A stretch of DNA of 64,000 bases. It comes from a virus (Duplodnaviria > Caudoviricetes). Positions 30,138-38,779 of the stretch are shown here, in pieces. Position numbers and translations under genes: made by a program. The stretch lies in IMG/VR virus record IMGVR_UViG_3300044624_003554, positions 1-64,000 of that record; one strand, given 5' to 3'. The notes beneath the pieces were generated by a model. That model saw nothing but the letters and a program-made list of their open reading frames with translations, ran no database searches and had not been told where the DNA came from. Each line of letters starts with the position of its first letter. The first letter of the stretch is position 1.

Positions 30138-31677
30138 TGAAATCTGGTACTAGTCTGCCGCTAAATTCTGAATCATCTAAATCTTCTCTACCATTCAAAA
30201 ATTGAACAACGTCTCTCAAATCTCCCTTTTCAGTTATTGCAAAATTTTTAAATTCTAGATTAATAAAATTATTTCTTAAGGTGTCACCAACTAAAACTGG
30301 TTCTAACGCACCAACTAAATCGGAACCCAAATGCCTTGCTTTGATATTAATTAGTTTGTGGGTTCCAAATTGGCTTGCTTCTTGCTGAATCTCATCTGTT
30401 GTTTTCTTTCTCAAGATGAACATGTGAGAACAAAACTGAATAATCCTGTCTGATAGCGAGACAATGCTTTCATCGTCTACAATGTTTTGAGAGTTTCTAT
30501 TATTTGTGATTCCACTACGATTGCTTTGAACTGATGTAATCATTGGAATAATTGGCTTTCCATCAATCAGCATTTCTTTTTGAATGCATTTCTTGAACTT
30601 ATCAACCATTTCTCCGACTACTTGCCACTCGTTCTTGTCGCTTTTTTCTGAAGTTGTTTTAATGTAATCAAAACTAAAAATCATCTTATTCCCCCTTCCG
30701 ACTTGAGAGTAATAAAATCTTTTCAAAGTGTTAATCATTGAATCAACATCCATGCCACCAACATTGTAATAAAAGAACTTCATCTTCTTTACCTTTGGCC
30801 AAACTGATCTAACCTTTTCGACAACAGCTTCTCCGCACTGTCTCCATTGACCGCTCTCTAATAAATGCATTGGAACTCCAGATAATGCAGTACATTGCCG
30901 CATCATCAATTCTTCTCTACTCATTTCTCCATTGTCAAAGTGAAGAACTGGTATATCGTATTGCGCGGCTACCTTGGTAGAATAATCCATACAGAACTGA
31001 GTTTTACCAACTCCAGATCTTGCGACAATAACGGTTATATTACCTGGACGAAGTAGAGATCCATAGATATCGTTTACCTTCTTATGTGGTCCCATTAAAC
31101 CAAACTCTTTGATTGGATTATTACCCCTGTCCTCAATGACTGATTCCATATCTTCGTAGATATTCTCTGGAACGTCAGCCCCTATCTCATAGTGGTTTAT
31201 TTTAGAATTGTAAATTTTATCTGCAGTATTAACAATATCCAGATAAGAACTTTCTGGAGCCATCGTTTTCATCTTCCTGCCAACATCTACAGAAGATTCA
31301 TATATCTCTCTGCGAATTGTATACTTCTTGAGTTCTTTTGCGGCTTTAACTGTACTTGATTCAGAAACCTTCCTCATTCCCAAGGATCGAATATAATCAG
31401 CTACATTAATATTATCCTCAAAAGATAAACCCAAAGATTGAATTCTTTGGGCAATAATCACATCATCAACGTCTTCGGCATTTTCAATTGCCTGTTTAAT
31501 GACGGTAAAAATGGTCTTATTTAAAACCGAATCCTCAGAATAAAAATCCCTTTCACTGACGAAAGAACAAATGTCAATGAAAGAGTTGGGATTTTTAATC
31601 AAGCCAGCTAAAAGCTGTTTTTCTAGTTCGTAAGAATAGATCATGCTGGATGATAGCACGGTCTGACTACTTGTCAA
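30127..31677 (-). CDS. dnaB: Replicative DNA helicase
   Basis: VARSGVGKT, EMSREEL, FDYIK, VQSNR. Confidence 0.9.
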   Translation of the reverse strand: MTSSQTVLSSSMIYSYELEKQLLAGLIKNPNSFIDICSFVSERDFYSEDSVLNKTIFTVIKQAIENAEDVDDVIIAQRIQSLGLSFEDNINVADYIRSLGMRKVSESSTVKAAKELKKYTIRREIYESSVDVGRKMKTMAPESSYLDIVNTADKIYNSKINHYEIGADVPENIYEDMESVIEDRGNNPIKEFGLMGPHKKVNDIYGSLLRPGNITVIVARSGVGKTQFCMDYSTKVAAQYDIPVLHFDNGEMSREELMMRQCTALSGVPMHLLESGQWRQCGEAVVEKVRSVWPKVKKMKFFYYNVGGMDVDSMINTLKRFYYSQVGRGNKMIFSFDYIKTTSEKSDKNEWQVVGEMVDKFKKCIQKEMLIDGKPIIPMITSVQSNRSGITNNRNSQNIVDDESIVSLSDRIIQFCSHMFILRKKTTDEIQQEASQFGTHKLINIKARHLGSDLVGALEPVLVGDTLRNNFINLEFKNFAITEKGDLRDVVQFLNGREDLDDSEFSGRLVPDFNEL

Positions 31678-31964
31678 TCATCTTCTTCCTCTTCTTCGCC
31701 ATCATTACCTTCAAATGCATCTCCTTGGAATTCAATTCTATGAAGATCTGAATTATCATTCATAAAAATTTCCATAAATTTGGTCAAAGCAAATTCTGTA
31801 GCTTGACAATCAAACTTTTGTTTGATTTGGCCACTTCCCTCTTCATCTATATAACAAATAATGTATCCTTTATTTTTGTTTTCTGATCCAGTTAACTCGT
31901 ACAAAGTATCCAAAAAATTTTCTGGAATTTCAAACTTGTTGAATTTTACCTTTTTTTTGGCCAT
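31674..31964 (-). CDS. Hypothetical protein with acidic tail
   Basis: ATG 31964, GTGTAA 8 nt upstream; 4-nt overlap with dnaB. Confidence 0.65.
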   Translation of the reverse strand: MAKKKVKFNKFEIPENFLDTLYELTGSENKNKGYIICYIDEEGSGQIKQKFDCQATEFALTKFMEIFMNDNSDLHRIEFQGDAFEGNDGEEEEEDD

Positions 31965-31972
31965 ATTTTTGT

Positions 31973-31978
31973 TTACAC
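31973..31978 (-). promoter_or_regulatory. GTGTAA upstream motif
   Basis: 8 nt before ATG 31964. Confidence 0.5.
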
Positions 31979-32385
31979 TATAAATAGACCCCAAGATTTT
32001 CAAAAAATTCTTTGTTCAATTCGTCATTTGGAAAAATCTCTACAAGCTGAATTTCATTCAATTCACAAAATTCTATCTTTTTTACATCTCTTTTTATTTG
32101 TTTTAAATAACTTCCTCTAGTATTGTGAAAAAATGGAACAAATTTAAAGTGCTGTTCTCCTTGAACTTCTATTGCTATTTTTTTATTTGCATTATAAAAG
32201 TCCAAAGATAGTCTTGTTCCAGCCACTCTCATTTCCTCAAAAACCACATCTCCTTGCCAGTAACTTTTTAAGAAAATTTTGACTTTTTGTTGCAATTTGC
32301 TTTTACTTTTGGCATCCCATTTTATTAAAGAATTCTTTAAATTTTTTACAACTCTGTCTTTTCCATCAAGCGTTTTGAATTTCAT
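31978..32385 (-). CDS. Vsr/DUF559-like endonuclease
   Basis: LSLDFYNANKKIAIEVQGEQH and RDVKKIEFCELNEIQLVEI. Confidence 0.7.
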   Translation of the reverse strand: MKFKTLDGKDRVVKNLKNSLIKWDAKSKSKLQQKVKIFLKSYWQGDVVFEEMRVAGTRLSLDFYNANKKIAIEVQGEQHFKFVPFFHNTRGSYLKQIKRDVKKIEFCELNEIQLVEIFPNDELNKEFFENLGVYL

Positions 32386-33502
32386 TGATGGAATTTTTAA
32401 AGTAATTAATCAAAAATTTACAAAGATTAGAGTTATCTTCAATAAATTTAAATAAACCTTTTTCACCAGAGAAGTTTTCTGGTATTTCTATACCAGTATC
32501 TTTGACTAATTCTATAAAATCCTCTGAAGGTTTAACCCACGCTCCACTTCTTACCATAAATTCCCAAGCATATAGAAGATCTACGATTTCTTTTTCAATC
32601 CAAATTGAATTACCATTTTTTCTTCCATATCTAATTGGATACGGAATTGTTAAGTTTGTTTTTTCATTTGGAGATTTTTTAACAGTAACTTTTGCCCAAT
32701 GTCCAATTGGGGGATTTTTTTCAAGGTCTATTTTTTTATTACTAGGATCTTGAAGGATCATGTCGCCATTAAATCTTGGTTCAAACTCTAAAATCCAATT
32801 TGCAAAATGCAATAAAGCATTGCCTCCAGTTGCAGTGGTTTGCCTAATTGGAGCTTTAGAATATGGATCTAACTTAATATCTGCTCGTACTTGCGATATA
32901 AAGACCGCCATATGCCCTCTCTTCGCTAAAGCGATAGACATGCGCTTCATAAAGTTGGCGGCGATTACAGCGCCTCCAGCGACTTTATTTGAATCTTCAA
33001 AAGTTTTGTCTAAATCACATTTAGAAATAAGTCCATCCACAGCATCAAGAAGAAAGTAATATTTAATACCTTCTTGATTGTTTGCAACCAAAGATCTCAT
33101 TGCGTCTACAACAGTTTCGTAAATATTGCTTTCGAATACGAAACAAGTTCCAGCATTCCAATTTTCAGCATCAGAAACAAATGGAACTCCAGACCTTTCT
33201 TTCATTTCTGGAGAAAGCCTACCTTCAGCTTTAATGTAAAATCCTTTGGCATTTGGAATCGTTTTTAAAAAGTTCTTCATTACCTCAAGAGCTTGAGATG
33301 TTTTGCCACCCTCATTAATGCCGCAGAATCTATGAAGACCTGGACCAAAACCGCCATTCATATGAAGATCTAATTGAAGAGATCCGCTAGAGACCTTGTA
33401 ATTAAAATCTTCTTCAAAATTGAAGTGACTGTCTTTGTTTGTCTTTAAGAAATTCGAAAGAATTTCGTTTGAAGTGATGATTTTTTCGTCTTTTTTAGCC
33501 AT
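32366..33502 (-). CDS. recA: RecA/UvsX-like recombinase
   Basis: SGSLQLD, GINEGGKT, LLDAV, FISQVR, TGGNALLHFA. Confidence 0.85.
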   Translation of the reverse strand: MAKKDEKIITSNEILSNFLKTNKDSHFNFEEDFNYKVSSGSLQLDLHMNGGFGPGLHRFCGINEGGKTSQALEVMKNFLKTIPNAKGFYIKAEGRLSPEMKERSGVPFVSDAENWNAGTCFVFESNIYETVVDAMRSLVANNQEGIKYYFLLDAVDGLISKCDLDKTFEDSNKVAGGAVIAANFMKRMSIALAKRGHMAVFISQVRADIKLDPYSKAPIRQTTATGGNALLHFANWILEFEPRFNGDMILQDPSNKKIDLEKNPPIGHWAKVTVKKSPNEKTNLTIPYPIRYGRKNGNSIWIEKEIVDLLYAWEFMVRSGAWVKPSEDFIELVKDTGIEIPENFSGEKGLFKFIEDNSNLCKFLINYFKNSINEIQNA

Positions 33503-33839
33503 TTAGAAAGTCCCTAATTGTTTTAATTTTCTTTTTTACCGTTGAATCTTTGCCATGCTTGATGGCATCCACTTTATAAACCTCGTACTTAGAATAATCA
33601 ATCTCGTAATTAAAATTTCTGAATTTTCTATCAAGTTCAATCTTGAACGCTTCGCATATGACAACAGCCATGCTATCAAATTTTTTAGCAAAATTAAGTT
33701 TAGAAACAAACTCTTCTGAATATCTTTCTATCAAAGAATTCAGCATCTTCATTTCGCGAGAATAAAAATCCCTAGATGCAGATCTAGGGATTTCTAAGAA
33801 CTTCTTAAGCAAATTTCTTTTATTCAATTTTTTTGCCAT
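33495..33839 (-). CDS. Hypothetical protein
   Basis: 114-aa ORF with its own promoter; overlaps the recA start. Confidence 0.7.
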   Translation of the reverse strand: MAKKLNKRNLLKKFLEIPRSASRDFYSREMKMLNSLIERYSEEFVSKLNFAKKFDSMAVVICEAFKIELDRKFRNFNYEIDYSKYEVYKVDAIKHGKDSTVKKKIKTIRDFLNG

Positions 33840-33844
33840 AAGGC

Positions 33845-33873
33845 ACTATATCACGATCTTAAATCGTTGTCTA
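33845..33873 (-). promoter_or_regulatory. sigma70 promoter TAGACA-N17-TATAGT
   Basis: 5 nt before ATG 33839; lies in the 3' end of gmd. Confidence 0.65.
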
Positions 33874-34903
33874 CCATTTTCTCAACTAATTTTTGAAACG
33901 ATGTTTCTGGTTGCCATTTAAGTTCTTCTCTTGCTGGGGTTGAATCTCCAAGGAGTAAGTCAACTTCTGCGGGCCTATAAAATTGAGGATCTATTTCCAT
34001 TAAAATGTTACTTTTAATATCTGAGACATCATGCGCATAATTTGGCACAATATATTTTTTATTTTGCCCATCTCCAATCCATTCGCCATCAATTTTTGCA
34101 TGTTTAAATGCCAGTTCAACAAATTCTTTAATTGTATGAGTCTCATTTGAAGAGAGGACGTAGTCTTTGGGCTTTTCTTGATTTAGCATTAGCCATACTC
34201 CACGCACAAAATCTTCAGAATCGCTCCAATCTCTCTGAGAGAGAATATTTCCAAGCCTTAATGGTTCAAAAGTTTTTCCTTCTTTTATGGCTTTGTATAT
34301 TCTTGCTACATTTTTTGTAATTTTTCTAGTCACGAATTCTTCTCCCCTACGAACGCCTTCATGATTGAATAAGATTCCTTGAACTGCAAAAATGTTATAA
34401 GATTCTCTATACACCTTTACCAAATGATGTGCAGTACATTTGGAAACCCCATATGGAGATCTTGGTTTAAACGGGTGCTTAATATCTTGTGGCGCGTAAT
34501 CTACATCTCCAAATTGCTCTGAACTGCCAGCGTTATAAAATCTAGTTTCTGGTTTAATATTTTTGATTGCCTCAAGACAGTAAAGCACACCCATCGCATT
34601 CGTTTGCATGTGGTTAATTGGCATCTTCCAACTATTACCGACAAAAGAATTAGCTGCAAAATTAATAAAATAATCTGGATATATTTCGGCAAAAGTATTA
34701 TTTATGCTTTCTGGATCTGTGATATCCATTTCAACAACTTTAAATCTTGGGCTTGATTTTAAATGTTGGATATTGCAATGATTGGGTACACTAAGTCTTC
34801 TGTGCGCACCGTAAACTTCAATATCTTCATATTTACATAAAAGATATTCTGCCATTAAACTGCCATCTTGGCCAGTTACGCCAGTAATTAAAACTTTTTT
34901 CAT
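33851..34903 (-). CDS. gmd: GDP-mannose 4,6-dehydratase
   Basis: LITGVTGQDGS, SPYGVSK, GILFNHE, RDW, FYRPAEVDLLLGD. Confidence 0.95.
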   Translation of the reverse strand: MKKVLITGVTGQDGSLMAEYLLCKYEDIEVYGAHRRLSVPNHCNIQHLKSSPRFKVVEMDITDPESINNTFAEIYPDYFINFAANSFVGNSWKMPINHMQTNAMGVLYCLEAIKNIKPETRFYNAGSSEQFGDVDYAPQDIKHPFKPRSPYGVSKCTAHHLVKVYRESYNIFAVQGILFNHEGVRRGEEFVTRKITKNVARIYKAIKEGKTFEPLRLGNILSQRDWSDSEDFVRGVWLMLNQEKPKDYVLSSNETHTIKEFVELAFKHAKIDGEWIGDGQNKKYIVPNYAHDVSDIKSNILMEIDPQFYRPAEVDLLLGDSTPAREELKWQPETSFQKLVEKMVDNDLRS

Positions 34904-34908
34904 TTTAT

Positions 34909-35484
34909 TTATTTTCTTATTACAAAAAGAATATCATCAAATCTATTTATCCTGCTCCTTAAATCTACATGTTGGATATTTTTTTTATAAATCTCTGGAA
35001 CAAATTGATCAAGTGTTGATAAGTAATCATAATGTTGAATGTCCTCAATTATTAATACTCCTCCATCATTTAATTTAGGCAAATATATTTCCAAACATTT
35101 AACTTGAGTTTCTATAGTGTGAGGTCCATCGTCAATTATGATATCAAAATTTGGAAGCGAATTTGCTACCTTGTGATCGTAAGCGTTTTCAAAAACTTGC
35201 TTTACATTATTTAAATTTTTATATTGTTCAAGAATATTTAAATTTGTAATATCAAATCCATATATTTCAGCATTATTGAAGTATCTACTCCATAAATCTA
35301 AAGATCCACCATGATATATTCCAATTTCCAATAAATTTATTTTTTTATTTTGATATTTAGAAAATTCATTTTCGTAAAAATTTTCAATATAACTATGGAC
35401 TGTATTTTTGTCAGTTCCAGTATCTTGATTGTTGAGTTCTGGATTTGCATTTAATATGCTTGTTAATGTTTTAGGCGTGCTCAT
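34909..35484 (-). CDS. Class I SAM-dependent methyltransferase (sugar O-methyltransferase-like)
   Basis: LLEIGIYHGGS, DIIIDDGPH, GGVLIIED. Confidence 0.8.
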   Translation of the reverse strand: MSTPKTLTSILNANPELNNQDTGTDKNTVHSYIENFYENEFSKYQNKKINLLEIGIYHGGSLDLWSRYFNNAEIYGFDITNLNILEQYKNLNNVKQVFENAYDHKVANSLPNFDIIIDDGPHTIETQVKCLEIYLPKLNDGGVLIIEDIQHYDYLSTLDQFVPEIYKKNIQHVDLRSRINRFDDILFVIRK

Positions 35485-36145
35485 TTTGTGATATTTTTTT
35501 TAAAAATTCTGCTTTCTTCTGAATTGCTGTATTAAAATCCATATCTAATGTAGAAAAATTACAAGCATGGTGAATAAATAAACCTTCATGGTTAAAGGCA
35601 TGACTTGGAAATATTGCAGTTTTATCACTCAATTGCTTATAATTGTTTAGAAGCATGTTTTGAAAAATTGGCTGTTCTACAAAAAAATCATTATCTATTG
35701 CATATGATAAAATATCATTTATTATTTCCTTCATATATGAAGAATTTTTGCAAAAAAATACACCAGTATTAACATTCCAAAATTTGGTTTTATATTCTTG
35801 ATTAGTTTCACAGACTAAAAATTCTTTATTTTGTTCTACTAAATTTGGAAAAAAATTAAGATCTAATTTGTCATTTAAAACAACTACATCAGAATCTAGT
35901 AAAAAAAACCAATCTGTACTAACATCTGTTTCAAGTAAGTTTTTCAAAATAAAAATTTTAGTCCAGTATTTTTTATTTTTAAAAGACATTTTCTCGGAAG
36001 AAAAAATATTTAGATTTTCGCAAAAACTTAAATACTTTATTTCGTATTTTTCAAAGTATTTTTTATTTATCGGTTCTACAATTTCTTGTATTGTTTTAAA
36101 ATTTTCATCAAAACTAGAAAATGCAGTTATATTATATTTTTTCAT
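35471..36145 (-). CDS. Glycosyltransferase, GT-A (GT34-like)
   Basis: WTKI..LK, WFFLLDSDVVV, NTGVFFCKNS, EQ, FIHH. Confidence 0.7.
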   Translation of the reverse strand: MKKYNITAFSSFDENFKTIQEIVEPINKKYFEKYEIKYLSFCENLNIFSSEKMSFKNKKYWTKIFILKNLLETDVSTDWFFLLDSDVVVLNDKLDLNFFPNLVEQNKEFLVCETNQEYKTKFWNVNTGVFFCKNSSYMKEIINDILSYAIDNDFFVEQPIFQNMLLNNYKQLSDKTAIFPSHAFNHEGLFIHHACNFSTLDMDFNTAIQKKAEFLKKISQNEHA

Positions 36146-36146
36146 A

Positions 36147-36851
36147 TTAATCTTCGCACCACCACGTTAAAAATATATCTTGTTTTTCAATACAACACGG
36201 CCTGTCTATGCCATTCAATGGTCTTGGAAATTTATCCAAAAATGGAACAATATCGGTCATATCTTTTCTTAAAAAAGAAATCTCAAGACAAGTTGGAAGT
36301 TTTCCAGATTCATCAAAAACATCTGTATGATTATTTGCATGTAAGTGATAAATATAATAGTATTTATTCAGCAATTTGAAAGTTTCAAAATGCTCTTCTT
36401 TTAATTTTTCTAAATCATGGAACTCAACACAGAGTTGAGAAAAGTGAGAGAACCAATCTTCCCCGCAATTCAAAAATAATTCATATTCCGATCCTTCTAT
36501 ATCTATTTGAGCTAAAAGATTTTTTTTATTTTTGTGTTTGTTTTCTATTAAATGTTTTTTTGCGGCTGCGGAATCTACAAATTGTTTTTGAAAATAAAAA
36601 TTTTCGTGATCTAAAACTGGTTTTTCTATGCTGCCATCGTACATAAATACTTTTTTCCCATTTTGAGCCATTTGTAAATCAAAAAAACATTGCTCTGGAA
36701 TATATCCAATTCCGTAAGAATATACGTCATCACATTCAATTGTGAATTTTTCATAAAGTCCATATCCGCCATCTCTATATGGATTCCCAAATCTTCGCAT
36801 TTGAAACGGAAAATAATATGGTTTCAATTCGTTTAAAATTTTATTTATCAT
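36147..36851 (-). CDS. FkbM-like methyltransferase
   Basis: DGGY, VYSYGIG, QIDIEGSEYE, QLCVEFH, CLEISF. Confidence 0.7.
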   Translation of the reverse strand: MINKILNELKPYYFPFQMRRFGNPYRDGGYGLYEKFTIECDDVYSYGIGYIPEQCFFDLQMAQNGKKVFMYDGSIEKPVLDHENFYFQKQFVDSAAAKKHLIENKHKNKKNLLAQIDIEGSEYELFLNCGEDWFSHFSQLCVEFHDLEKLKEEHFETFKLLNKYYYIYHLHANNHTDVFDESGKLPTCLEISFLRKDMTDIVPFLDKFPRPLNGIDRPCCIEKQDIFLTWWCED

Positions 36852-37575
36852 TATATTTAATTAATAAAGAATCCCAATCTACATAATTTGAATAAGTGCC
36901 AGTGTGTAGATGCGTTACAACGCCTGGAAGAGGAGAGAAACACAACGCTTGATCTCCAAAAATTTTAGAAAAAATCCCATCATCTCCAACGCCCACACAA
37001 GCTTCATTAAAGTGGTTATAAAATTTTTTAAATGTTTTAGCTAAAAACATCATTGTAAAGGTTGTTGAACTGACTTCTCTCCAATATCCACTTTTGGTTT
37101 GAAAAATATAAGATTTTTTTGGCTTTCTATATTGATCTGGATAGTCCGAGGGATGAATGAACCAAGGAAAATTAAACTGTTTAGAAAATTCTAAAAAATC
37201 AAAAACTCTATGAAAATTTTCTGAGTCATGCAAATAGTCGTCTTCAACCATGTATACAAAATCGTCATCATTAAACGAAATTGCAATTTCGGCGCATTTA
37301 ATTAGACTACCTAGTCCACCAAGTTTTTCAGTTGAATTTTTTGAATATTTTGGGTTTAATTCATTTAATAAAAATGACCAAAGCTCTTCAGAAACCATGT
37401 CCCCAATTAAATAAAATTCATGTTTAGTTTTTTTTAAACTGTCTTTTAAGGATTTTGCACAAGCTTTAATTACTTGTGATTTGGACATTCCGTTTGGTCT
37501 TGGATTTTCACTTCCATCCAACCCCTTATGCAAGCTATTTATAGCGTCACATACTCTATATATTATCTTGATCAC
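36841..37575 (-). CDS. Putative glycosyltransferase (GT-A fold)
   Basis: FVYMVEDDYLH DxD-type motif; located in the glycan gene cluster. Confidence 0.55.
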   Translation of the reverse strand: MIKIIYRVCDAINSLHKGLDGSENPRPNGMSKSQVIKACAKSLKDSLKKTKHEFYLIGDMVSEELWSFLLNELNPKYSKNSTEKLGGLGSLIKCAEIAISFNDDDFVYMVEDDYLHDSENFHRVFDFLEFSKQFNFPWFIHPSDYPDQYRKPKKSYIFQTKSGYWREVSSTTFTMMFLAKTFKKFYNHFNEACVGVGDDGIFSKIFGDQALCFSPLPGVVTHLHTGTYSNYVDWDSLLIKYNDK

Positions 37576-37587
37576 TCAGATAATAAT

Positions 37588-38736
37588 CTATTCTTCAATA
37601 ATTTCTACGGAAGCTAAAGAAGGGTCGAGTTTTAATAATTCTTCTTGAGAAAATTCTTCTTCTCCATCCCATTCATATTCATCAGCTTGAGCTTTTTTCC
37701 AAGCTTCTGGATCTGGGCGATCTTTATCGCCTAGTTTTGCGGGTTTGTATTTTTTACCCATTCTTTTTTTCTTTTCTCTGATATTGTCCCAAAGTCCTTT
37801 TTTGGCACCCTCGATATCAATTAAATCTTCAATATCTGTTTCTCTGCAACCACATTCACATTCTTCCGAAGAAGTCATTTTGCTTACTGGAGTTTTACTC
37901 CACATTTTACATGACCAATAATTAGCTTTCCATTTAGGTCCAGGGTTATCGCAGCCATGTCTTGATCTATACGCTTTTCTGCGATCTGGATCGTCACGTT
38001 TAATACTCATGTTTGGATCACCAAACTTAACCATTACAACGTTACCTTTATCGTTTTTAACGTAAACTCCAAATTTCTTTTTTGATCCTGAAGGAAGTCT
38101 AAACGGCTTGTTTAGTGTCTTACTTTTTTTTTTATCTTCAGCTGAAGATAATTCAAATTCTGAATCTGAAAATCCAGCTTCTATGCAGCATAATTTAGCT
38201 AATTGAAATTCAATATCCTGAAAATCTGAAAATTCATAGTTTTCAGATAAATCTTGATTATTTAAAATGTCGCTGTCTGCCTTTGCATATGAAGCTTTTA
38301 CGTTTTGACCAGATGCCATTTTTAAAAATAAATTTACTCTAGCAAATGCCCATTCATCTTCCGACTTTCCAGGTCTAAAAATTTTAGCTGATTCTTCTAA
38401 ACCTCTTGCGTAAACCTTGAGCAGTTGATCCAACGAAACCAAAAATGGATTATTTCTGCCATTATGAGCGGAAACTTTCTTCATCAAAAATGCAACTATT
38501 TTATTCTTTTTGCGAGATTTTGCTTCATCTTCTTCCATCTCTCCCTCTTCCTCGGAGTCCTCGGCTTCTTCTTCGTCGCTATCTTCCTCTTCCTCGCACT
38601 CGCATTCAGACATTGATTTATTGCATTCGGAACATGTTTTTTCAATTTTGTCCTCGGCAGTAATAGTAGAATTAACTGCAGCCAAGTCTTTTGACTTTAA
38701 AAGTTCTTTAATTTTTTCAGAAAAATCGAGTTCCAT
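37588..38736 (-). CDS. Modular acidic/basic protein (possible internal head protein)
   Basis: Basic modules (RPGKSEDEWAFARVNLF; KKFGVYVK..FGDPNM..YWSCKMW; GLWDNIREKKKR) separated by Glu-rich linkers. Confidence 0.6.
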   Translation of the reverse strand: MELDFSEKIKELLKSKDLAAVNSTITAEDKIEKTCSECNKSMSECECEEEEDSDEEEAEDSEEEGEMEEDEAKSRKKNKIVAFLMKKVSAHNGRNNPFLVSLDQLLKVYARGLEESAKIFRPGKSEDEWAFARVNLFLKMASGQNVKASYAKADSDILNNQDLSENYEFSDFQDIEFQLAKLCCIEAGFSDSEFELSSAEDKKKSKTLNKPFRLPSGSKKKFGVYVKNDKGNVVMVKFGDPNMSIKRDDPDRRKAYRSRHGCDNPGPKWKANYWSCKMWSKTPVSKMTSSEECECGCRETDIEDLIDIEGAKKGLWDNIREKKKRMGKKYKPAKLGDKDRPDPEAWKKAQADEYEWDGEEEFSQEELLKLDPSLASVEIIEE

Positions 38737-38747
38737 TTGTTCATTAA

Positions 38748-38753
38748 TTACAC
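38748..38753 (-). promoter_or_regulatory. GTGTAA upstream motif
   Basis: 11 nt before ATG 38736. Confidence 0.5.
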
Positions 38754-38779
38754 AAAGAAATTAATTTTTTGAAAAAAAA

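Noticed and set aside
38425-38764. Plus-strand Ser/Leu-rich ORFs
   Set aside because: Antisense reading of the poly-Glu GAA/GAG tract of 37588..38736.
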